DNA from: Myxococcota bacterium | GTDB lineage: Bacteria > Myxococcota_A > UBA9160 > UBA4427 | Direction of reading: 5' to 3' | Assembly: GCA_046583095.1 (NCBI GenBank) | Contig: JAYGDB010000048.1 | Location: 18,865 to 82,864 of the forward strand | DNA: 64,000 nucleotides | The notes under the pieces: generated by a model | Seen by the model: only the letters and a program-made list of their open reading frames with translations | Told to the model about the DNA's origin: nothing | Databases searched by the model: none | Program-made: the position numbers and the translations under genes | Shown: piece after piece, positions 35,503 through 42,949 of the stretch | Layout: each line of letters opens with the position of its first letter | Numbering within the stretch: position 1 is the stretch's first letter

Positions 35503-36892
35503 AGCCGATGCTCGCCTGGAACTCGTCTGCGATCGATCCCCTCTTCGCGCGGAAGTCCCGATAATCCATCTTGATCACGACCTGCGGGATGGGCTTGAAG
35601 CTCAAGCCCACTACGAGCAGGTCGTAGTCGCGAGCGGGGTCCTTCGAGAACCCGCTGGCGACCGCATGCTGGGTGTCCAGGCGCTCGTACCGAAAGAAGG
35701 GCTCGAGCGACATCTCGCTCTCCCACACGAGCGGGAGCACGTCGTAGCCGATCTCCGCGTAGCCGCCGATCATCTCCTTCGCGACGGAGTCCGTTGCGCC
35801 GGCACCCAGCGCCGTCGAAAGGCGCCCGGCATCGTCCACGAAGGCCTGGGCGAACAATCCGCGCACTTTCAGACCGTGGCCCTGGTACTGCGCATGCAGC
35901 TCGTAGATGCTCACGAAAGTGTCCGGAATCGGGAAGCTCTCGTTTTCCGGGACCAATGCCGACATTCCCGGCGGCGCGGAACACGAGCTCACGCAGCGGC
36001 TGATCTGCTGGTTCTGACCGGACTTCCCGGCATATACCGACGCACCGAAGGTCAGGCCGGGCACAACCGCACTCATGTCGTAATCGAGACGTCCCACGAA
36101 GGCCCAGTGGTCCGCGAGCGCCTTGCTGCCCTTCTGACGGCCACCGCGCAGGCCACTGGAGCTGAAACCCGTCGCGTCGAAGCCGTTGACCGCGTACATC
36201 CGGTAGCCGACGTCGCCGGCCGCGCCGAGGTCGATGCTGCCGAAGATGCCGACGCCGTTCTCGCGCCAGGTGGACGGAAGAATCTGGCGCTCGACCTCCG
36301 GCCGCTCCGCACCGTAGTAGAACGGGGGCTCGTGAGCTTCGTTGAGGAAGCCCATCGGAAGCAACAACAGGCCGGCGCGAATGTTGAACTCTTCCTCGAA
36401 CAGGAAGTCGATGGTCAGGAACTCCACGGATGCCGAGCCTTTCCCGCTCGTGCTGCCGTGCTCGAACTCCACCTCGGAGTTGAGAACCAGCCAGTCGTTG
36501 AACTTGTAACCGGTATAGAGAACGAAGCGGAGGGCATCGAAGATGTCCTGGGAGCTGCCCGCGTCCTTCAGGAAGTGGCGGAAGCGGATGTCGCCGTAGC
36601 CGCCGATGGAGAGGCCCCGGTCGCGCCGGTAGACCTTCGAAGCCGCCGGCCCCAGCCCGGAGAAACTCGCGTTCGGGTCGGCCTCGTCGGGCACGGCCTG
36701 CTCGCTCCTGAGGTCCGCGATCTCCTCTGCGAGCACTTCGATCTTCTCTTCGAGGACCTCGATGGCGGTCTTCGTCCTCACCGCTTCGTCCGGCTCGGCC
36801 GCCAGGGCAACCGGGCCGCAGAGGCAGCCGACGACCGCCATCAGACAGACCTCCCGGGCCCAGCCCGAGCCGCGCCGGCCTTGCTTCTGCAT
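35492..36892 (-). CDS. outer-membrane porin (phosphate-selective OprO/P-like) with N-terminal coiled coil
   Basis: GGAGG RBS, signal peptide ..VALAA|EP, heptad segment AIEVLEEKIEVLAEEIADL, long beta-rich body, and terminal ..SIGFVF. Confidence 0.75.
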   Translation of the reverse strand: MQKQGRRGSGWAREVCLMAVVGCLCGPVALAAEPDEAVRTKTAIEVLEEKIEVLAEEIADLRSEQAVPDEADPNASFSGLGPAASKVYRRDRGLSIGGYGDIRFRHFLKDAGSSQDIFDALRFVLYTGYKFNDWLVLNSEVEFEHGSTSGKGSASVEFLTIDFLFEEEFNIRAGLLLLPMGFLNEAHEPPFYYGAERPEVERQILPSTWRENGVGIFGSIDLGAAGDVGYRMYAVNGFDATGFSSSGLRGGRQKGSKALADHWAFVGRLDYDMSAVVPGLTFGASVYAGKSGQNQQISRCVSSCSAPPGMSALVPENESFPIPDTFVSIYELHAQYQGHGLKVRGLFAQAFVDDAGRLSTALGAGATDSVAKEMIGGYAEIGYDVLPLVWESEMSLEPFFRYERLDTQHAVASGFSKDPARDYDLLVVGLSFKPIPQVVIKMDYRDFRAKRGSIADEFQASIGFVF

Positions 36893-36975
36893 GATTCGTC
36901 AGCCTCCACGCCGCGAAGGGCTCGCGATGCCGAAAACGGCAGCCGCTATCATTAACGAAAACGGTTTTCAATTTC

Positions 36976-37004
36976 AATATACTATATTATCATTTAAAAT
37001 CCAA
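36976..37004 (-). promoter_or_regulatory. candidate sigma70 promoter of the porin operon inside an AT-rich island
   Basis: On the minus strand, TTGGAT-N17-TATATT. The spacer contains AAATGATAATATAG, a Fur-box-like ATGATAAT core. Confidence 0.3.
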
Positions 37005-37276
37005 TACTTATGAATATATCGACCGAGACGAGCGCTGTGTAGCGCCGCCAGTAAGCCCTCGGAGCCGGAGACTTCCCCGAGCCGGTCTCCGCCAGCCGCG
37101 GGCGCTCGGCGCAGTGCAGCAAGTTCGCTCCAGAGCGGAGTCTTCCGCTCCCAACGTTCGGACGAGGGCGTGGGTGCCCTGCACGCACGCTCCCGCCTAA
37201 ACGTCACCCGCTGATCATCCGAAGAGAAAGCTACCGCCGTCTGCCTTCGTAAGACGGACGATCAAGGGAGATCCCG

Positions 37277-38263
37277 ATGGACTTCATCCACGTGTTTGCC
37301 GCCTTCATGGATTTCATGCAGACCTTTGGCGCGTTCTTCGTCGCCCTCGCGGTGACCCTGGCCATCGTGCAGGTGTTCTTCTCCTACGCGCTGCAAGTAA
37401 TCGCCGAGAAGAACGAGTTGTCCGACTCTGCTGCGTTCATCGCATGGATTCCGATCCTGAACCTCTACCCGTTCGTCAAGGTGGGTGGAGGTAACTTCAA
37501 GACGTTCGTCTTCGGCAGCATCGGAGCCTGCGTCGCCGCCGTCGTGACGGTCAAGGGCATGGCGGCGATGGGTGTCGATGGAGTCAATCTCAGCCTCGTT
37601 GCGGCGGCCCTCGCTCTGCTCGGCATCGCCTACTTCGCGCGCATCGCGATGGCGACAGCGGAGCGCCGGGGTCTCAACAAGTGGCTCGGGCTGCTCGCCC
37701 TGGTTCCCGTCGCGAACTTCCTCATCTACCCGTACATCGCGTTCCACGACGGCTTCAAGCCTCCGAAGAAGCTGGCGCTGGTTCTCGGCTTGCTGCTCGC
37801 CTTCGGCCCGCTGCCGATGGAAATCGCGAGACTCGAGCAGCTCAACAAGACGACGCAGGAGATCGCCCAGACCGATCGGGGCAATGGCGTCACCATCGGG
37901 CAGTCCCTCCATGCTCTCCAGGCAACCCGGGAGGTCGGCCTCCTGGTCGCCATGGTCGCGGGCCTCGATCCCTCGGATCCGGACGAACGCTCGAAGATGA
38001 TCGACGCTCTCGACTCCGCTCAGAAGAAGCTCGACGAGCACGCGGAAGCCATCAACGACGAGGTGTACCAGACGCTCCAGGGCCTGCTGTCCGTGCAGTC
38101 CGCCCGCCTCGCGAAGACCTCGACTGACGACATGCATAATGCCGCAGCCGACAGTCCCGAAGCGTCGCCGGCGGTCGCTGCGGACCCCGTCGCGAAGACG
38201 GACGTGTCGCTCGAGTCGCCTCTGCAAATCGCCGAGGGCGCAGCACCCCCCGCCAGTCGCTAG
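37277..38263 (+). CDS. hypothetical membrane protein (N-terminal multi-TM half, C-terminal helical soluble half)
   Basis: GGGAG RBS. Internal repeat-like WIPILNLYPF / LALVPVANFLIYPY TM motifs. No recognised family. Confidence 0.65.
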   Translation: MDFIHVFAAFMDFMQTFGAFFVALAVTLAIVQVFFSYALQVIAEKNELSDSAAFIAWIPILNLYPFVKVGGGNFKTFVFGSIGACVAAVVTVKGMAAMGVDGVNLSLVAAALALLGIAYFARIAMATAERRGLNKWLGLLALVPVANFLIYPYIAFHDGFKPPKKLALVLGLLLAFGPLPMEIARLEQLNKTTQEIAQTDRGNGVTIGQSLHALQATREVGLLVAMVAGLDPSDPDERSKMIDALDSAQKKLDEHAEAINDEVYQTLQGLLSVQSARLAKTSTDDMHNAAADSPEASPAVAADPVAKTDVSLESPLQIAEGAAPPASR

Positions 38264-38313
38264 CCGCCCGGCCGGGGAATCGAAATCGCGCTGCGCAGCC
38301 GGGGATTCGTGAG

Positions 38314-39360
38314 CTAGCTGGGGACGACCTCGATCGCGCCGGGCTCGCCTGTGCAGACCTCGCCGATCGTCGCTCGCGCGAGGGTGCCTCTGGCCTCGAG
38401 GTCGGCGAGGAGCGCGGCCTCGTTCTCCTGAGATACGGCCAGGAGCAAGCCACCCGAGGTCTGGGCATCCGCCAGCACCAGTCGGTCGATCTCGGCGACG
38501 CCGGTCGCGAAGCGCGCGGCCTTCGCGACGTATTCCAGGTTGCGCTTGCTGCCTCCCGGCACGAAACCCGCCTCGGCGAGCTCCCGGGTCGAGCGCAAGA
38601 GCGGAACTTCCGACGCCACCAGACGCGCCGCACAGCCGGAAGCGTTCAGCATGTTGTGGAGGTGGCCGAGCAGACCGAAGCCCGTCACATCGGTCGCAGC
38701 TCGAACTCCCGCCGCTAGCGCCGCGTCTCGAGCGCCGTCGTTGAGACACAACATCGAAGCCACCACCTCGCGCAGTCCGTCCGGATCGAGCTGCTGCTTC
38801 TTGAGGGCCTGGGCGGCGATGCCCGCGCCGATCGGCTTCGTCAGCACCAGCTTGTCGCCGGGCCGGGCGGCAGCCTGGGTCAGAGTCCGATCCGGGTCCA
38901 CCGTGCCCAGCACACAGAGCCCATACTTGAGCTCAGGATCGAGCACCGTGTGACCGCCGGCGACCGCACAGCCCGCCTCGGCGGCCTTGTCGCGTCCACC
39001 CTGGAAGATCTTCGCGAGAACCTCGCGAGGCAATTTCTCCTCCGGGAAGCCGCAGATCGCGAGGGCGATCTGTGGCACGCCTCCCATCGCATAGACGTCG
39101 GAGATCGCGTTGGCGGCTGCGATTGCGCCGTAGTCGTACGGATCGTCCACGACCGGCGTGATGAAATCGACAGTGAACACGAGGGGTGAGCCGGATTCCG
39201 GACGCAGGAGTGCCGCATCCTCCATGGAGCCGACTTCGGCATCGACCCACGGATGATCGAAAGGCACGACCTGCTCCAGGACCTCGACGAGGCCCTCAGC
39301 GGAGAGCTTGCGGGCTCAGCCGCCGCCGGGAACGAGCGATGTCAATCGAATCTCGCTCAC
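38314..39360 (-). CDS. selD: selenide, water dikinase (selenophosphate synthetase), Sec-containing; in-frame TGA at 39316-39318
   Basis: The track ORF (38314..39267) lacks the SelD N-terminus. Reading upstream in frame gives GTG(39360)-SEIRLTSLVPGGG-U-ARKLSAEGLVEVLEQVV-PFDHP. This aligns with E. coli IRLTQYSHGAGC17GCK20ISPKVLETIL, with U on Cys17 and the Lys conserved. GAGGAGAAGG RBS precedes it, and 348 codons compares with 347 in E. coli. Confidence 0.9.
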
Positions 39361-39482
39361 GACCTTCTCCTCGCGCGTTGCATGCGCGTGCGCCGAGGAT
39401 AGGGCGCAGAGCGAGGGCCGCCTTTAGTTGGATCGGACCACTCGGGGAGGCCGCCAGGGCCTGGGAACTGACACCGCTGTCA

Positions 39483-39510
39483 GAAAGCAGAAAACCCGCC
39501 GGTCGGCGGG
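39483..39510 (-). terminator. intrinsic terminator (minus strand)
   Basis: RNA CCCGCC-GACC-GGCGGG followed by UUUUCUGCUUUCU. It is U-rich only on the minus strand. Confidence 0.75.
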
Positions 39511-39536
39511 TTCAGGTAACGCGATAAGAAGTAGAA

Positions 39537-39564
39537 ATTATAGCACAGCTTTGATATCCGTCAA
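39537..39564 (-). promoter_or_regulatory. near-consensus sigma70 promoter (minus strand) in AT-rich island
   Basis: TTGACG-N16-TATAAT read on the minus strand. The predicted TSS is about 39530, only ~20 nt before the terminator stem. Confidence 0.5.
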
Positions 39565-39661
39565 TGGCTTCCCCAAAATTAGCTGTGTACCGCTCCAAAA
39601 TCGCAATTCGGCGATCCAAAAGTGCAGAACCAGCCTCGGAAACGGCGTTCGAGCGAGCCGT

Positions 39662-40819
39662 TTAGTTGATCGCTGTGACGGATTCGGGCAAGTCCTGCGC
39701 AACCCGAATGATCGGAATCCCGTCCTGGGTGTTCTGATGCATCTCCTCGAAACACCGGGGCAGATCTTCGAACGCGTAGATCTCGCTGTGAATCGTGGGT
39801 TTGAAGACCGACCCGTAAAGCTGGGTTGCGGCCGAACACCCGCTCACCGTCTCGTAGTGGATGTGATCGAGGGTGATCTGCTTGGTCGAGGCCCCGGCCG
39901 AGTTGTATTTGACGCCGGTATCCAGCTGCCAGCCTGCGCTCACGTTGACGCCCTGGCGGGACGCCACCGACAGACCCGCTGCGAAGACGGGGCCCCGGAG
40001 CATGTCGCAGACGATGTGCATTCCGACCCGGTTCGTGAGCTGCTTGCACTCGCCGTTGAATGCCTTCACGTCGTCCCGGGACGCGAAGCGGTTGAAGACC
40101 TTCTGGTCGATTCCGACGATTCCCAGCTCCTCGAGGGCCTTCCGGCGCTCGGGGCTCCCCGAGCAGAAGAAAGCGTTGTGGCCCTCGCTCTTGGCGAGCA
40201 TCAGGAACAGCTCGCTCACGCCGCCGCCGAATCCGAGAACATTCAGCGTGGGCAGCTGATCCCCGGCCACCTTGAGACGGAAGATCCCCAGGGCCCTGCG
40301 CCAGAGGTGGTGTGCGGTGGGGGCGCGCAACGGAAGCGCCGCGATCTCCCACAGGTTCAGACCGCAATCCAGGGGAGCCGGGACGAGCTGCCATTCTTCG
40401 ACCACCGCTTCTTCTGCATACCAGCCGACCGACTCGGGCTGGTCATAGGCCCAGATGCGCAGGGGGTAGCCGTACTCGTCGGGCTCCCCGTTGCAGTGGG
40501 TGATCGCAATGTCTCCGACCTCGAACCGGGTCACGTCGGAACCGACGGCGATCACCTCGCCCACCGCCGAGTTGCCCGGATAGATCTTGCCGCCGCGGAT
40601 GTCGGCGATGTTCACGGTATCGGCCAACGCGGCGTGGTCGACGTTGTGCTCTGCGGAGACCGCCAGGATGCGCAGGTGGACGTCGCTGTTGCCGATCTCG
40701 CGCAGCTCGAGGTCGTCCAGCGCGATGATTCGCGAGACGTCGACCTGGGACAGGTCGTCGTTCACGCGCTGCCGCTCGGCAGCAATGGCGTCCACAGAAA
40801 TCGAATAGGCTCGGGGCAT
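39662..40819 (-). CDS. medium-chain dehydrogenase/reductase (MDR, crotonyl-CoA-reductase-like) family protein
   Basis: ATG 40819 follows GAGAGGA. GroES-like N-domain (GKIYPGNSAVGEVIAVGSDVTRFEVGDIA) and a Rossmann-like VLGFGGGVSELFLMLAK. Visibly lower GC than its neighbours. Confidence 0.7.
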   Translation of the reverse strand: MPRAYSISVDAIAAERQRVNDDLSQVDVSRIIALDDLELREIGNSDVHLRILAVSAEHNVDHAALADTVNIADIRGGKIYPGNSAVGEVIAVGSDVTRFEVGDIAITHCNGEPDEYGYPLRIWAYDQPESVGWYAEEAVVEEWQLVPAPLDCGLNLWEIAALPLRAPTAHHLWRRALGIFRLKVAGDQLPTLNVLGFGGGVSELFLMLAKSEGHNAFFCSGSPERRKALEELGIVGIDQKVFNRFASRDDVKAFNGECKQLTNRVGMHIVCDMLRGPVFAAGLSVASRQGVNVSAGWQLDTGVKYNSAGASTKQITLDHIHYETVSGCSAATQLYGSVFKPTIHSEIYAFEDLPRCFEEMHQNTQDGIPIIRVAQDLPESVTAIN

Positions 40820-41004
40820 CTTGGGGGGTCCTCTCGGCAGGAAGCGGAACCGCACGGTACAGCCCTCCTGCCCGAATCTTCAACCCCGCGCTGCGGCGCC
40901 GCGAGGAAGCGGCCGGGGGCAGCTGCGCGGCTCTCGCTCCCCGCCCCATGGGTGGGGCCACCCGAAGCGTCGCAGTAGAGTCTCTCCGAACCCCCCAGGA
41001 GACG

Positions 41005-42450
41005 ATGATGACCTCCGACGAGTACGAATCTCACGACGCGATCGGGCTCGCCGAGCGGGTCCAGAGCGGCGAAGTCCACCCCTCGGAGCTCCTCGACGCG
41101 GCCCTGGCCCGCGCGGCGGATCACAACCCCACGCTGAATGCGATCGTCATCGACATGGAGAAGCAAGCCCGCAGTGCGATCGAGGCCGGGCTGCCGGACG
41201 GGCCCCTTCGCGGGGTCCCCTTCCTCCTCAAGGACCTGCACCTGCTCTACCAGGGTGAGCGATCGACGAACGGGAGCGTGCTGTTTCGGGACAACGTGGC
41301 CGATCACGACAGCGAACTGGTGAAGCGGTACAAGCGCGCCGGCCTCGTCATCTTCGGCAAGTCGGCGTCCCCGGAGTTCGGCGTCACGGCGACGACCGAA
41401 TCGGCCCTGCACGGAGTCACCCGGAACCCCTGGAATCTCGAACGCAGCGCCGGCGGATCTTCGGGCGGAGCCAGCAGCGCCATCTCGGGCGGCATCCTGC
41501 CCGCCGCCAATGCGAGCGACGGCGGCGGCTCGATCCGTATTCCCGCCTCCTGCTGTGGGCTCTTCGGTCTCAAGCCGACGCGCGGCCGCACGCCCTTCGG
41601 TCCCGACGCAGGCGAAGGGTGGAGCGGTATGAGCTGCATGCACGCCATCACCCGCTCGGTTCGCGACAGCGCGGCCCTGCTCGACGCCACCCAGGGACCC
41701 GACGTCGGCGCTCCCTACATCGCGCCGCCCCCCAAGCGGCCCTACCTCGAGGAGGTAGGTGCAGCCCCGGGCCGACTGCGCATCGCGCTGCAGAAGCAGC
41801 CGTGGAACGCAGCCGAGATCCATCCCGACTGCATCGCCGGGGTAGAGGACGCCGCCAAGCTCCTCCAGGACCTCGGACACGACGTGGAGGAGGCCCCCCT
41901 CGAGATCGACTTCAGCATCCTGGGCCCTGCCACCAGCGTCATCATGTCCGCCAATCTCCGAGCCATGGTCGACGAGCGCCTGCAACGACTGGGGCGCGAG
42001 TTGCAGGACGACGACCTCGAATTGATCACCCGCAGCATCTACGACTCGAGCGCAAAGCACACCGCCGCCGACTACGCCCGGGCGGTTCGAACCATCCATG
42101 CGGTCGGCCGGACCGTCGCCGGTCACCTCGAGCACTACGACCTGATCGTGTCTCCGACGATGGCGGCTCCGCCTCTGCCTCTCGGTGCGATCTCCCTCTC
42201 GAACGAGGATCGTGCGAGCTACGGCCGGGATATCCTCTCCACCGTCGGCTTCACCCAGCTCTTCAACGCCTCCGGCAACCCGGCCGCGTCGATCCCGCTC
42301 TGGTGGAACGACGACGGCCTCCCGATCGGCATCCAGCTCGCGGCGCGCTTCGGGGACGAAGCAACGCTCTTCCGCATCGGCGCGCAGCTCGAAGAAGCCC
42401 GGCCCTGGTTCGCACAGCGCCCGTCGATGCTGCAGAACGGAACCGCGTAG
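41005..42450 (+). CDS. amidase (amidase-signature family)
   Basis: ATG follows AGGAGA. Contains GVPFLLKD and GGSSGGASSAISGG, followed by ..ASDGGGSIRIPAS (Ser-cisSer-Lys signature). Confidence 0.9.
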   Translation: MMTSDEYESHDAIGLAERVQSGEVHPSELLDAALARAADHNPTLNAIVIDMEKQARSAIEAGLPDGPLRGVPFLLKDLHLLYQGERSTNGSVLFRDNVADHDSELVKRYKRAGLVIFGKSASPEFGVTATTESALHGVTRNPWNLERSAGGSSGGASSAISGGILPAANASDGGGSIRIPASCCGLFGLKPTRGRTPFGPDAGEGWSGMSCMHAITRSVRDSAALLDATQGPDVGAPYIAPPPKRPYLEEVGAAPGRLRIALQKQPWNAAEIHPDCIAGVEDAAKLLQDLGHDVEEAPLEIDFSILGPATSVIMSANLRAMVDERLQRLGRELQDDDLELITRSIYDSSAKHTAADYARAVRTIHAVGRTVAGHLEHYDLIVSPTMAAPPLPLGAISLSNEDRASYGRDILSTVGFTQLFNASGNPAASIPLWWNDDGLPIGIQLAARFGDEATLFRIGAQLEEARPWFAQRPSMLQNGTA

Positions 42451-42538
42451 ATCGGCGCAGCCTGCGCGCCTGGCACGAGGCGTCGCAGCCGAGGGGTGTG
42501 CGGCAGACCCGAAGCGGGTTGATTGCTAGCCTTGGCGG

Positions 42539-42949
42539 GTGCCCGAAGAGAAACTCGCCCTGTCGTCCGAGGCCACCACCCAGGGCGTCCACGTCCAGGT
42601 CTGGAGCCGGTATTCCGCCGAGCACTCGGACCCCCAGCGCAGCCATTGGTTCTTCCTCTACACGATCCGCATCGCCAACGTCGGCGACCAGACGGTCCAG
42701 CTGCTAACGCGGCAGTGGACCATCACCGACGCGACCGGCCGTGTGGAACAGGTGCAGGGACCCGGGGTGGTCGGCGAGCAGCCCCGGCTCGAGCCCGGCG
42801 AGGACTTCGAGTACACGTCCGGGTGTCCGCTGGCGACGCCGTTCGGATCCATGGAGGGCACCTTCCAGATGGTCACCGAAGGCGAAGACGACGGCTTCGA
42901 CGCCGAGGTCGCCCGCTTCGAACTGCGGGAGCCCCACGCGGTCCACTGA
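42539..42949 (+). CDS. apaG: ApaG (DUF525) protein
   Basis: [58 protein letters not shown] is the classic ApaG core. Confidence 0.92.
   Translation: MPEEKLALSSEATTQGVHVQVWSRYSAEHSDPQRSHWFFLYTIRIANVGDQTVQLLTRQWTITDATGRVEQVQGPGVVGEQPRLEPGEDFEYTSGCPLATPFGSMEGTFQMVTEGEDDGFDAEVARFELREPHAVH

Noticed and set aside
36976-36998. A full Fur box in the AT-rich island.
   Set aside because: Only the ATGATAAT core matches, and my best 19-mer alignment is 9/19. I kept it as a weak hypothesis, not a feature.
39564-39665. 33-codon plus-strand ORF (MASPKLAVYRSKIAIRRSKSAEPASETAFERAV) inside the AT-rich island.
   Set aside because: It has no RBS and poor composition, and it overlaps the promoter/terminator signals on the other strand.
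42084-42093. tRNA-like GGTTCGAACC (T-arm-like) sequence.
   Set aside because: It lies inside the amidase coding frame with no surrounding cloverleaf. I found no tRNA, rRNA or tRNA-Sec in the window.
42471-42486. A second sigma54 promoter (TGGCACgaggcGTCGC) upstream of apaG, plus other TGGCAC occurrences (about 6671, 22335, 47193).
   Set aside because: The -12 element is missing: there is no TTGC, or GC, at the required spacing.
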